A DNA stretch of 64,000 nt from the NCBI GenBank assembly GCA_964400125.1, contig CAYNSR010000004.1:99391-163390 (forward strand), written 5' to 3'. The notes beneath the pieces were generated by a model. That model did not search any database. It saw only the letters and a program-made list of their open reading frames with translations, and had not been told where the DNA came from. Shown here one piece after another: positions 1 to 9,247 of the stretch. Position 1 is the first letter of the stretch, and the number at the start of each line of letters is the position of its first letter. A program made the position numbers and the translations under genes. The DNA comes from an uncultured Micavibrio sp. (GTDB lineage: Bacteria; Pseudomonadota; Alphaproteobacteria; Micavibrionales; Micavibrionaceae).

Positions 1-161
1 GGGGAACAGATGACGAAGTCGGGAATATATCCCCGGTCCTGCATCAACCCGGCCAGCGCCGTTGCCGCCGCGATCCCTTCCCGCGTCAGCGGGCGGTGAC
101 GGTCTTCGGTATTGTGTGCCGATGCTGCCTGAGCATGGCGAAGTAGGAATAACCTGCGCAT
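1..161 (-). CDS. Histidine phosphatase family protein (SixA-like), N-terminal part; gene runs off the window
   Basis: Manual translation from ATG at 161 gives MRRLFLLRHAQAASAHNTEDRHRPLTREGIAAATALAGLMQDRGYIPDFVICSP with no stops. The LLRHA...D..RPLT..G motif is typical of the SixA/phosphoglycerate mutase-like family. Confidence 0.55.
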   Translation of the reverse strand, partial: MRRLFLLRHAQAASAHNTEDRHRPLTREGIAAATALAGLMQDRGYIPDFVICS

Positions 162-212
162 CTCTTCAGGATAAACCCGATTGACGGAAAAGAGAACACC
201 TGTATGGCAGGA

Positions 213-1220
213 TCAGGCAGATTCGTTCTGTCCCCACAACCACGCCGCACCCCGGACGCCCGATGAATCGCCATGCCGTGCCGGTGCCAGCGCGGTTTTT
301 ACGGTGTCGGAGAAAGTGTATTTCCCCCATATGTCGGGGACATCCCGGTAAAGGGTTGCGACATTGCTCATCCCGCCGCCGAGGACGATGATATCGGGGT
401 CGAGAGTATTGATGATCCCGGCCAGAGCGCGGGCAAGGCGGTCGGTATAACGGTTCAGCGCGGCGCAGGCTTTTGGCTCGCCATCTCTGGTGGCGGCGAT
501 AATATCATGGGTGGATTTTTCTTCGCCTGTGACGCGGGCGTAATCGTTTTTGAATCCCGTTCCGGAAATCCATGTTTCAAGACACCCGCGCCGTCCGCAA
601 AAACAAAGCGGTCCCGGGTATTCCGATGTTTCAACATCGTCCGCAAAATAGGTATGCAGTTTTTCCTGACCCGCCTCGAAGCGTTCAAAACGCTCAGTGA
701 GCGCCTTGGGGTCTTGCACGAAGACACGCGGATAGGGAAGGGGATTATGCCCCCATTCCCCGGCGATGTTGTTCAGGCCAGTATGGGCACGGCCATTGAT
801 GGCAATGCCGCCACCGCATCCCGTACCGATAATCACGCCGAAGACAAGCGCATGCCCTTCTCCTGCACCGTCAACGGATTCGGATACGGCAAAACAATTG
901 GCATCGTTTTCAATGCGGACTGGACGTTTCAGGGCTTCGCCAAGATCTTTGTTCAGCGGATGGCCGATGATCCATGTGCTGTTGGCGTTTTTGACCAGAC
1001 CTGTTTCCCGTGACATGGTTCCGGGGATGCCAATTCCCACGGTTCCTTTCAGGCCCAGCGTTTTTTCGGCTTGCTCGACCAGTCCGGCCAGCGCCTTGAC
1101 TGTGGTGCGATAATCGCCGCGCGCGGTCGGGATACGCTGGCGATAAAGTTCCTTGCCGTTGTTTTTATCAAGGCAGATGATTTCCGTCTTGGTCCCGCCA
1201 AGATCGATTCCAATGCGCAT
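213..1220 (-). CDS. ROK family sugar kinase (NagK/Mak-like)
   Basis: N-terminal GIDLGGTK, ENDANCFAVSE, and the ROK zinc motif CFCGRRGCLE. Full-length ORF. Confidence 0.8.
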   Translation of the reverse strand: MRIGIDLGGTKTEIICLDKNNGKELYRQRIPTARGDYRTTVKALAGLVEQAEKTLGLKGTVGIGIPGTMSRETGLVKNANSTWIIGHPLNKDLGEALKRPVRIENDANCFAVSESVDGAGEGHALVFGVIIGTGCGGGIAINGRAHTGLNNIAGEWGHNPLPYPRVFVQDPKALTERFERFEAGQEKLHTYFADDVETSEYPGPLCFCGRRGCLETWISGTGFKNDYARVTGEEKSTHDIIAATRDGEPKACAALNRYTDRLARALAGIINTLDPDIIVLGGGMSNVATLYRDVPDIWGKYTFSDTVKTALAPARHGDSSGVRGAAWLWGQNESA

Positions 1221-1230
1221 GGGGAGTCCT

Positions 1231-1749
1231 TTAAGGCTTTACGCTGCCGGATGGCGTGGGTTTCTTTGGCACAAACCCGATTTCCTTCAGTATCTGGTCA
1301 AACAGTGTGACGCTCGCAACGATCTTTGGATCGGTCGACGTTTCCGTCGGGCGGCCATAGAGGTCTGTGCCGAAGCGGTGAATGTCTTTCTCCCGGCAGA
1401 GGCCTTCTTGCAATTCCTCTACGACGCAAGGTACGCCCCCAAGGTTGGCCATGGTATGCACGCTGCCGACGGGGATGCGCACATCCTGACCGGCGCTCAG
1501 CTCCATGCGCTGTCCATCCAGCAGGACTGTCAATGTTCCCGCCTTTACAACCCAGTGCTCACGGCGATGATCGTGTGACTGAAGAGACAGCGCATTGTTT
1601 GGTTCAACCCGGATATGCTTGCTGCAAAACTCTTCTCCGGCGGCATTCGTCCCGGCATCCAGAACGCGCCAGTAACCCCATGGGGTGTTGGCTTCTTCAC
1701 CAATGGTGTAACCGGTCATTTGACCCACTGTTTCAAAGGCTTCGCTCAT
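1231..1749 (-). CDS. Cupin-fold mannose-6-phosphate isomerase (type II PMI C-terminal domain-like)
   Basis: PWGYWRVL...LSLQSHDHRREHWVVKAGT...IPVGSVHTMANLG...EKDIHRF matches the cupin PMI signature. Start chosen at the ATG preceded by AAGGA (alternative starts at 1764 and 1797). Confidence 0.65.
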   Translation of the reverse strand: MSEAFETVGQMTGYTIGEEANTPWGYWRVLDAGTNAAGEEFCSKHIRVEPNNALSLQSHDHRREHWVVKAGTLTVLLDGQRMELSAGQDVRIPVGSVHTMANLGGVPCVVEELQEGLCREKDIHRFGTDLYGRPTETSTDPKIVASVTLFDQILKEIGFVPKKPTPSGSVKP

Positions 1750-1912
1750 TGTTTTATCCTTCATGCCTATCGCACCGCAGCATATATTGTTACGCAAATC
1801 TAGTGATTACTGAGTGTTTTTTGCTTCCCAGTCAAATTATTTTTGGAGTATAAATGAACACGTTATATTATTCATAATAAAAACATAAAATACACGGACG
1901 GAGAATTAAGGC

Positions 1913-2692
1913 GTGAAAAACAAAACCCGGTTTGCAATCCTGACGGATGTTGATCTGACTTTGCTTCCATCCATGTCCACCGATGTGCCGGCACATCGGC
2001 AGCGATTCATTACCAAACTGCATGACCGCCTTGGCGGGGCTTTTGCCCTTGTGACTGGTCGCCCGGGTATCTCCGTTGATACGTCTTTCCCGGGCGGTCT
2101 TCCGGCATCGGTCGAACATCATTCTGCCTGGCGTCCGAAAGAAGGGGCGGGGTATATTGCCCTTGCGCCAACCGTTGACGCCCGCGCCCTGACCCAGTTT
2201 GCCAGACGCGAGATCAATGGTTCGGCTCCGGTTTTCGTCGACAAGCGTGAAATACAGGAGAAAAAACCCGGCTTCTTTCTGGAGGAAAAAAACCATTCCA
2301 TCGCTATGATCTTTTCTGTTGTCGCCACTTCGCGTGAATCAATCGATCATCTTGTCAGTATTGCCAATAAGGCGCTTGCCGCGTTCGATCTTGCCGGATC
2401 GCATCGTGTCGCGGTCGGGTCCGATGCGGTTGAAATCGTGCCGCAGGGTTTGAGTAAGATACAGGCTGTCCATCATTTCATGGACACAGATGCCTTCAAA
2501 GGAAAAACCCCGATATTCATTGGCGATAGCAGCGCCGATGCCAACGCCATGAAAACCTGCATGGATGATTATAACGGTTTTGGAATTGCAGTCGGACCAA
2601 ATATCCCGGATGCGCCTTATGTCCTGAACCGGATCGATAATGTTGAATCCGTTTGGAAATATTTGCGCAAATTTGACCGGACATTGGGATAA
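1913..2692 (+). CDS. HAD-IIB family phosphatase (trehalose-phosphatase/OtsB-like)
   Basis: DxDxT motif (LTDVDLTLL) and C-terminal GDSSADANAM motif. GTG start. Confidence 0.5.
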   Translation: MKNKTRFAILTDVDLTLLPSMSTDVPAHRQRFITKLHDRLGGAFALVTGRPGISVDTSFPGGLPASVEHHSAWRPKEGAGYIALAPTVDARALTQFARREINGSAPVFVDKREIQEKKPGFFLEEKNHSIAMIFSVVATSRESIDHLVSIANKALAAFDLAGSHRVAVGSDAVEIVPQGLSKIQAVHHFMDTDAFKGKTPIFIGDSSADANAMKTCMDDYNGFGIAVGPNIPDAPYVLNRIDNVESVWKYLRKFDRTLG

Positions 2693-2788
2693 ATCCTGAT
2701 CCGGATTCACACGTTCGATATTTCTTTCCCCTGACTTGAACGGCACGCAAAATATGATCTGTCGTTGCGATAGGACGGGGGCTTCGGT

Positions 2789-3952
2789 CTAGTTTTTGTC
2801 AACGCGAAGGCGGCGGATTTCGCTGCCACCGTCGATGCACAACGCGACCTTCCCGTGTTTCAGGTCAAGGGCTTCGTGGCCGAAGACGTCAAAGCGCCAG
2901 CCGCGCATGGCGGGAATCTCAGCATCGTCGGAACGGGCGAGGGCTTCAAGGTCGTCGGGGCTGGCGATCAGCCGCCCGGCGACGTCGTTTTCCGCCGCAA
3001 CGATCCGCAGCAGGACCCGTAACATTTCCACCACAGGGGCCAGATGTTGCGGCAAGGGTTTTTTGCGTTCCTGCGTCGGTATATTATCCCTGCCCATCGC
3101 CATCCCTGCGGCGATGGCATGCAGCAGGGACTGGCCGAGCTTGCCCCGCGCGACGTCTTCGCCGAGACCGCGAATATGCTTCAATTCGTCCGTATTTTGC
3201 GGGGCATGGACGGCCAGATCGAGAATGGTTTCATCGCGCAGGATGCGTCCGCGCGGGACATTTCGGCGTTGAGCCTCGCCTTCGCGCCACTTGGCGACTT
3301 CCATTAAAATAGCGATGGCCTGCGGCTTGTCGGTCCGCAGTTTCAGCCGTTGCCAGGCATCATCGGGATGGTTGTGATAGGTGGCCGGGTCGATCAGGAT
3401 ACCCATTTCTTCCTTGACCCAGTCATTGCGGCTGCGCTTTTTCAATTGCGCGTCGAGGTTAAGATAGACATCGCGCAGCCAGATGACATCGTCGAGCGCG
3501 TATTTCAACTGGCGGTCTGTCAGCGGGCGACGTGCCCAGTCGGTGAATTGCGCACCCTTGTCGAGTTTCTTTTTGCAGATATCCTGCACCAAATTGAGGT
3601 AGCCGATCTGGTCGCCGAAACCCAGCACCATGGCCGCGACCTGTGTATCGAATACGGGGGTCGGGGTTTTGCCGGTCAGGTTGACAAAAATTTCGATGTC
3701 CTGCCGCGCCGCATGAAAAACTTTCAGGACATTTTCATTGGCAAGCAAGTCGAAGAGGGGGGTCAGATCCAGCCCCTGCGCCAGCGGATCAATGGCAACG
3801 GCGTCGCCTTCGGGCGGGGCAACCTGCACCAGACACAGCAGCGGATAATAGGTTTTATCGCGCAAAAATTCCGTATCAATGGTGATAAACGGATGTTTTG
3901 CGAGGTCTTCGCACAGGGCCGCGAGGGCGGATTGGTTGGAAATAACGCTCAT
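2789..3952 (-). CDS. rnd: Ribonuclease D
   Basis: DEDD exonuclease motif ITIDTEF, HAARQDIE and an HRDC-like C-terminus. Start taken at the internal ATG (MSVISNQSALAAL). Confidence 0.85.
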   Translation of the reverse strand: MSVISNQSALAALCEDLAKHPFITIDTEFLRDKTYYPLLCLVQVAPPEGDAVAIDPLAQGLDLTPLFDLLANENVLKVFHAARQDIEIFVNLTGKTPTPVFDTQVAAMVLGFGDQIGYLNLVQDICKKKLDKGAQFTDWARRPLTDRQLKYALDDVIWLRDVYLNLDAQLKKRSRNDWVKEEMGILIDPATYHNHPDDAWQRLKLRTDKPQAIAILMEVAKWREGEAQRRNVPRGRILRDETILDLAVHAPQNTDELKHIRGLGEDVARGKLGQSLLHAIAAGMAMGRDNIPTQERKKPLPQHLAPVVEMLRVLLRIVAAENDVAGRLIASPDDLEALARSDDAEIPAMRGWRFDVFGHEALDLKHGKVALCIDGGSEIRRLRVDKN

Positions 3953-4068
3953 GCCCCTCTGTTTAAGCCCTAAAAACCTGAAAACCAAGAGAGATTCTTG
4001 ACCTTTTCGCAAAAAAATTGTTCCCTAGGGGCCTTACGCACCCCCTTAAACCAAGGTTTTGAAACGCC

Positions 4069-5886
4069 ATGCACGCTTATCGCACTCACACTTGCGGCCA
4101 ATTGCGCAAATCCGATGTCGGCTCCACTGTCCGGCTTTCGGGATGGATCCACCGCAAACGCGATCATGGCGGGGTGCTGTTTATTGACTTGCGCGATACG
4201 CACGGCCTGACCCAGTGCGTGATCGATCAGGATTCACCTCTGCTGGCCGAGGTCGAAAAGTGGCGGGTGGAATCGGTGATTACCATTGACGGCCGGGTCA
4301 AGGACCGTTTCGCCGGAACGGAAAACGCCGCCCTGCCGACTGGGGATGTCGAGGTGTATATCGATGCAGCCACCTTGCAATCCGCCGCAGATGTTCTGCC
4401 GTTGCAGGTTGCTGATGCCGATGATGCCGGGGAGGATGTGCGTCTGAAGTACCGTTTCCTCGATTTGCGCCGTGAAGGCATGCATGGCCGTATTCGCTTG
4501 CGCAACAATGTGATTGCATCGATGCGCCGCCGGATGTGGGATTCCGGTTTTCAGGAATTCAACACCCCGATCCTGACCGCGAGCAGCCCGGAAGGGGCGC
4601 GGGATTATCTGGTCCCCTCACGCCTGCATCCGGGAAAATTTTATGCCCTGCCACAGGCCCCGCAACAATTCAAGCAAATGCTGATGGTGGCCGGGTTCGA
4701 CCGTTACTTCCAGATCGCGCCGTGCTTCCGCGATGAAGACGGTCGCGCCGACCGTCTGGCGGAATTCTATCAGCTCGATGTGGAAATGGCCTTCGTCACG
4801 CAGGAAGAAATTTTTGCAACCATGTCGCCTGTGATCGATGGCGTATTCAAGGAATTCGCCGCATGGACCGGGGTGTCTCACCGGGTGGAATGGCTGCCCA
4901 ATCTGACCTATGCCGATGCGATGATGCTGTACGGATCGGACAAGCCGGATCTGCGCAACTCGCTCGTGATTTGCGATGTGACAGACGTGTTCAGGCGCGA
5001 TGATGTCAATTTTAATGCGTTTAAATCGGTCATCGACAAGGGCGGTGTGGTGCGCGCCATCCGTGCGCCGAAAGTTGGCGGCCAGCCGCGCAGCTTCTTC
5101 GACAAGCTCAATGACTGGGCGCGGGGTGAAGGTGCGCCGGGACTGGGGTACATTTTATTCGAAGGCGTGGAAGGCAAGGGGCCGATCGCAAAATTCGTAC
5201 CGCCCGCCGCGCAGGAAGAATTGAAAACAATCGCCGGACTTGAAGATGGCGACGCGATTTTCTTTGTCTGCGATGTTCCATCCAGAGCCGCGAAATTCGC
5301 CGGACGCGCGCGTGACAAAATCTGTGACGACATGGGCAACCGTGAACAGGGTGTCTATAAATTCTGCTGGGTCGTCGATTTTCCGATGTATGAGATGGAA
5401 GAAAAAACTGGAAAAGTCGATTTCTCCCATAACCCGTTCTCGATGCCGCAGGGTGGATTAGAGGCGCTGGAAGGGAAAAACCCGCTCGATGTCCTCGCCA
5501 ACCAGTATGACTGCGTCTGCAACGGGTTTGAGCTGGCCTCGGGCGGTATTCGCAACCACAGGCCGGACATCATGGAAAAGGCCTTCGCTATTGCCGGGTA
5601 TGACCGCGACGTGCTGGAGAAAAAATTCGGCGGGATGCTCAACGCCTTCCGTTACGGCGCCCCCCCTCACGGCGGCTGTGCCTTCGGCATCGATAGAATC
5701 GTGATGATTCTGGCGAACGAGCCGAATCTGCGCGAAGTCTATGCCTTCGTCATGAACGGCGCCTATGAAGACCCGATGATGGGCGCCCCCACCGACCCGA
5801 CGCCGCAGCAGCTGAAAGATTTGCATCTGAAGGTGGTGCAGCCGGTGAAGGTTGAGATGGCGGATAAGGAAAAGAAGACAGCTTGA
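4069..5886 (+). CDS. aspS: Aspartate--tRNA ligase
   Basis: Class II aaRS motifs [11 protein letters not shown] and [12 protein letters not shown], with an N-terminal OB-fold region. 605 aa. Confidence 0.95.
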   Translation: MHAYRTHTCGQLRKSDVGSTVRLSGWIHRKRDHGGVLFIDLRDTHGLTQCVIDQDSPLLAEVEKWRVESVITIDGRVKDRFAGTENAALPTGDVEVYIDAATLQSAADVLPLQVADADDAGEDVRLKYRFLDLRREGMHGRIRLRNNVIASMRRRMWDSGFQEFNTPILTASSPEGARDYLVPSRLHPGKFYALPQAPQQFKQMLMVAGFDRYFQIAPCFRDEDGRADRLAEFYQLDVEMAFVTQEEIFATMSPVIDGVFKEFAAWTGVSHRVEWLPNLTYADAMMLYGSDKPDLRNSLVICDVTDVFRRDDVNFNAFKSVIDKGGVVRAIRAPKVGGQPRSFFDKLNDWARGEGAPGLGYILFEGVEGKGPIAKFVPPAAQEELKTIAGLEDGDAIFFVCDVPSRAAKFAGRARDKICDDMGNREQGVYKFCWVVDFPMYEMEEKTGKVDFSHNPFSMPQGGLEALEGKNPLDVLANQYDCVCNGFELASGGIRNHRPDIMEKAFAIAGYDRDVLEKKFGGMLNAFRYGAPPHGGCAFGIDRIVMILANEPNLREVYAFVMNGAYEDPMMGAPTDPTPQQLKDLHLKVVQPVKVEMADKEKKTA

Positions 5887-5908
5887 TATTGAGCGGATTG
5901 TTTTTAGG

Positions 5909-6418
5909 ATGACTGTAAAAATGTCTAAATTTAAAAACCTGACAGTCCGTGAACTTTTGAGCCTTCAAGTAGAAACTTTGGATGAGCTGGTTTCTAGAAA
6001 TATTCTAAGGAGCGCAAATAAGCCTACTGGCGATTTAGCGGAATATTTGTTCTGCAAGGCGTTCAATTGGAAAATCTCCAATAATTCACAGGATGGTTAT
6101 GATGCTATCTGCCAAGAAGGATTTAGGTATCAGATTAAAGCCCGTCAGTTGGTCAAAAATAATCATGGGGAGCGTACGTTAAGTGCTTTAAGGGGGCTAG
6201 AAAAGGAAAAATTTCATTTTTTGGCAGGTGTTTTATTTAAAAAAGACTACTCGATTCATAAAGCTGCAATCGTGCCATACAAAGTCATAGTCGATAGTAA
6301 CCCTTCATACGCTAAACATGACAATAAACATACATTTTTCCTACGCGATTCTGTCTGGCAGCTTCCGGGTGTAAGGGATGTTACAAAGGAGTTGCAGGCG
6401 GCCTTTGAGTTTTTATAA
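5909..6418 (+). CDS. Hypothetical protein with a PD-(D/E)XK nuclease-like motif, in an AT-rich islet
   Basis: The ORF sits in visibly AT-rich DNA. The pattern LAEYL ... GYDAI ... YQIKAR fits E...D...(E/Q)xK. Alternative start at ATG 5921 (AGGA lies 11 nt upstream). Confidence 0.5.
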   Translation: MTVKMSKFKNLTVRELLSLQVETLDELVSRNILRSANKPTGDLAEYLFCKAFNWKISNNSQDGYDAICQEGFRYQIKARQLVKNNHGERTLSALRGLEKEKFHFLAGVLFKKDYSIHKAAIVPYKVIVDSNPSYAKHDNKHTFFLRDSVWQLPGVRDVTKELQAAFEFL

Positions 6419-6423
6419 GGATC

Positions 6424-6439
6424 AAATTCATTTGAATTT
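6424..6439. repeat. AT-rich perfect inverted repeat AAATTCA-T-TGAATTT immediately after the stop of the islet gene
   Basis: Read directly from the sequence. It could be a weak terminator stem or a recombination or insertion boundary. Confidence 0.5.
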
Positions 6440-6448
6440 AATACTCCT

Positions 6449-6503
6449 ACGTCACCCCGGCGCAGGCCGGGGTCCATGGATTCCGGCCTGCGTCGGAATG
6501 ACG
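6449..6503. repeat. REP-like compound palindromic element (two tandem GC-rich hairpins inside an outer CGTCA/TGACG inverted repeat)
   Basis: The first hairpin is ACCCCGGC-GCAG-GCCGGGGT. The second is ATTCCGGC-CTGC-GTCGGAAT. The element translates on the minus strand to MDPGLRRGDV, the kind of artefact ORF typical of proteobacterial REP-type repeats. Confidence 0.6.
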
Positions 6504-6597
6504 AGGTAAATGGGTATTTTTGATTTCAGTTTTCGTACATTTACTTTCCCCCAATGCTATCTTGCAAAGAGTATCGTTTCTTCGTAAAAGTTCTGCC

Positions 6598-6978
6598 ATG
6601 AAACGCAAGCATATACGCATTCACGGCTGGTTTCTCGCTCTCACAGCGGCGATCTTCCTTTCTATTAGTCCCGCGCTTGCGCCGGTTATTTCGGGTTCTT
6701 CAAAAAACAGTTTCATCGAAATCTGTACCGCCTTTGGCGCGATCAAGATGGCGGTGTCCGGGGATGAACACCCGGATAAGGAAAGCGCCGACCACGCACT
6801 CTCCAGCCATTGCGTTCTTTGCCAGTCGCGGCTTGCGGTATTGTTGTCGCCGCCGCAGGCCGTTGTGTCTGTGCGGGTCGCCTATCTTCCGGTTCAATGG
6901 GCGCAGCCGGAAACGGTTTTCTACGCCCGTGCGCGCATTCTCCCTTACGATCCGACAGGGCCGCCTGCCTCCTCCTGA
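6598..6978 (+). CDS. DUF2946-like small periplasmic protein (HCxLC motif)
   Basis: Signal/TM segment WFLALTAAIFLSISPALA, then SSHCVLCQS. The size and motif resemble DUF2946 proteins, which associate with metal uptake OMPs. Confidence 0.45.
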   Translation: MKRKHIRIHGWFLALTAAIFLSISPALAPVISGSSKNSFIEICTAFGAIKMAVSGDEHPDKESADHALSSHCVLCQSRLAVLLSPPQAVVSVRVAYLPVQWAQPETVFYARARILPYDPTGPPASS

Positions 6979-7026
6979 TTGTTTCAAGACTGTTTCATTT
7001 TTCCTGGACCTTTAGAGGAGGATTCC

Positions 7027-8028
7027 ATGTTTCTTTATCGTGCTTTGTGCGCGGGCATTTTGTTTTGCACCGCGATTCCAGCTTATGCCGACCACCCCTC
7101 GCTTGGTTTTGGCACGTCAGGGGCTGGGCCGATTATCGCGCAAACTGCGGCGACTTTGCCACAGGGTAAACTGGCCCTAGGTCTGAGCAGCGAATATATC
7201 AGGTCAGAACGTTTTTCCGATGCTGAACTGACTGCTTTCGCCACCAATCATGTTCATGCTCATAGCGTAGACTGGATTCTGAATACCGCTTTGGGGATCA
7301 GTTACGGCGTCGCCGGCGACCTGACCCTGAATTTGCGCATTCCGCATATTTATCGTGACAATGTCCGGTCGGCGTCGCATGTGCATGGCGGGGGCGGGGT
7401 GGTCGTCAACAGCGCTGCCGATCACGGCGATTCCGGCGGCATCGGCGATATGGCGTTGCTGGGCAAATACCGTTTCTGGGATGAGGCTTCGCAGCAGGCC
7501 GCTATGCTGTTTGGCGTCAAGGTCCCCACGGGCCGTACCAATGTCGCGCATGATGGTGAATCGCTGGAAGCGGAGCATCAGCCCGGCTCCGGCGCGTGGG
7601 ACGGGTTATTCGGTTTCGCGGCGGGCAGCAGGATTGGTCCGGTATCGCTCGATGCCAGCGCGCTTTACAGCCTGACCGGGGAGGGGGTGCAGGACACCAA
7701 TCTTGGTGACCGCCTCTCCTATAATCTGGCGCTTTCCACCCGGATCGGTGGCGGGGAGCATGACCACGGCGACCTTGTGCATCACCATCAGGCCTGGGAT
7801 CTCGTGCTGGAACTGAATGGCGAATGGAGCGACAAGAAAAAAGTCTCCGGCGAAGAGGATAAGGAGAGCGGCGGCAATGTTGTTTTTCTGTCGCCGGGAT
7901 TGCGTTATGCGCCGGATGAAAACTGGTCGACGCATTTTTCCGTCGGTATTCCTGTCGTCAGCAATCAGGGTGACGGCCACACGGAGGTAGATTACAAATT
8001 GACCTTCGGGATTTTGCGGGGGTTTTAA
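7027..8028 (+). CDS. Outer-membrane beta-barrel protein with His-rich loops (MetA-pathway/transporter OMP-like)
   Basis: Signal peptide MFLYRALCAGILFCTAIPAYA, alternating beta-strand pattern and a terminal ...GILRGF. His clusters SHVHGGGG and GGGEHDHGDLVHHHQ. GGAGGA SD before the ATG. Confidence 0.6.
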   Translation: MFLYRALCAGILFCTAIPAYADHPSLGFGTSGAGPIIAQTAATLPQGKLALGLSSEYIRSERFSDAELTAFATNHVHAHSVDWILNTALGISYGVAGDLTLNLRIPHIYRDNVRSASHVHGGGGVVVNSAADHGDSGGIGDMALLGKYRFWDEASQQAAMLFGVKVPTGRTNVAHDGESLEAEHQPGSGAWDGLFGFAAGSRIGPVSLDASALYSLTGEGVQDTNLGDRLSYNLALSTRIGGGEHDHGDLVHHHQAWDLVLELNGEWSDKKKVSGEEDKESGGNVVFLSPGLRYAPDENWSTHFSVGIPVVSNQGDGHTEVDYKLTFGILRGF

Positions 8029-8089
8029 AAAACGACACCCCCTCCGCAGGCTTGCGAAGGGGGGAACATGCTCAGGGCCGGATACGATC

Positions 8090-8593
8090 CTACTCGGCCT
8101 TGATACTGATTTTCCTGCTGCTCGGTTCGGCCTTTTGATTTTTGCCGATCTCGATTTGCAGGACACCGTTCTTCATCGTCGCATTGACGGATTTTTCATC
8201 GATATCGCCGGGCAACTGTAGAACGCGCCTGAAACTGCCGTAGCGGCGCTCGACCCGGTGGAAGGTTTTGCCTTCGCTTTCTTCTTCCTGAAGCTTCTCG
8301 CCTTTCAGCGTCAGGACGCCTTCCGACAGCGACAGGTCGATATCTTTCTCTTCCAGTCCGGGAAGTTCGGCGGTGATCGTATAGGCCTTGTCGGTTTCTG
8401 CTACATCCAGACTGAGGCCAACCTGACCCATATCGGGTGCTGCCATCATTAGCGGGGAACGAGCGAAAGTATCGTTGAAAAAGCTGTCAAAGATACGATC
8501 CATTTCGCGGTGGACATCCTCCCAGCCGCGCAAGGCTGCTGTGCCGGTTGTGCCCGGCTTACGCTGGAAGGGAACGAGATTGGGTAGGGACAT
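8090..8593 (-). CDS. Small heat shock protein, Hsp20/alpha-crystallin family
   Basis: Alpha-crystallin domain (AELPGLEEKDIDLSLSEGVLTLKGEK...FHRVERRYGSFRRVLQLP). Confidence 0.9.
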   Translation of the reverse strand: MSLPNLVPFQRKPGTTGTAALRGWEDVHREMDRIFDSFFNDTFARSPLMMAAPDMGQVGLSLDVAETDKAYTITAELPGLEEKDIDLSLSEGVLTLKGEKLQEEESEGKTFHRVERRYGSFRRVLQLPGDIDEKSVNATMKNGVLQIEIGKNQKAEPSSRKISIKAE

Positions 8594-8686
8594 GATTTTT
8601 CTCCTTTATCCATCTGTGGGTTGAGACTGGATCGGACCCGGTCAAGCCCCCGTCTGGGCGACCTGATTGGATCCTTACAAGAAGAA

Positions 8687-8715
8687 AGATAATCACCGCC
8701 CCGACCGAAATCAAG
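8687..8715 (-). promoter_or_regulatory. Candidate RpoH (sigma-32)-type promoter upstream of hsp20
   Basis: The minus strand reads CTTGAT-N16-ATTATCT, which resembles the alphaproteobacterial CTTG-N17-CYTATNT consensus. It lies about 95 nt upstream of the ATG. Confidence 0.3.
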
Positions 8716-8745
8716 GCGCATAACATATTGATTTTGTTGTATTCT

Positions 8746-9231
8746 TTATTGAATAAAGGCCTGCAATTGTGTGGTGATGGCGGGGCAGGCGGGATCGGCC
8801 CCGAGGCAGAGCAACGGCGCGATCAGGAGCTGATAATGCGACGGGTCTGGCTGCACGCCGGTGCTGGCGGCGAGATCGGTCATGGCGTTGGCACATTCCA
8901 CCAGGGCGCTGTGCATGGCGTAAGGCGGGACGTTTTGCCGGGTGGCGGCGGTGGTTGCGGCGCAATGCTGTTTCAGGGTTTCCGCCGCCGCATCCATTTT
9001 CCGGCCCTGCAAATCTGCACCGTAATTGGACAGCAGGGTCATGTTTGAATCGGAAACAGCACCCAGACATTTTTGCGTCGTCCAGTCGGCCACGCATGCA
9101 AGGGCAACGGATCTGGCGAATTTCAATGATGTTGCGCTCGGCGTGACGGTTTGCGCCAAGGATTGCCCGGCCAGAGCGAGAACGATCACGCTTGCCAGAA
9201 ACAGTGTCGACGACAATCTTACGGGGGTCAT
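8746..9231 (-). CDS. Secreted Cys-rich hypothetical protein
   Basis: Signal peptide MTPVRLSSTLFLASVIVLALAGQSLA and 7 Cys in the mature part. No recognisable family. Confidence 0.5.
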   Translation of the reverse strand: MTPVRLSSTLFLASVIVLALAGQSLAQTVTPSATSLKFARSVALACVADWTTQKCLGAVSDSNMTLLSNYGADLQGRKMDAAAETLKQHCAATTAATRQNVPPYAMHSALVECANAMTDLAASTGVQPDPSHYQLLIAPLLCLGADPACPAITTQLQAFIQ

Positions 9232-9247
9232 GGTCTGATTTTTCTTT

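Noticed and set aside
86-274. 62-aa minus-strand ORF overlapping the end of the ROK kinase gene
   Set aside because: It overlaps two better-supported genes (the SixA-like start at 161 and the ROK kinase stop at 213) in a different frame, and it has no motif.
8679-8687. Pyrimidine tract TTTCTTCTT (minus strand), complementary to the hsp20 SD region AAGGAGAAA, considered as a ROSE-like anti-SD
   Set aside because: It overlaps the predicted -10/TSS of the candidate sigma-32 promoter and lies about 85 nt from the SD, so promoter and anti-SD cannot both be right. This is not the local hairpin expected for a ROSE thermometer.
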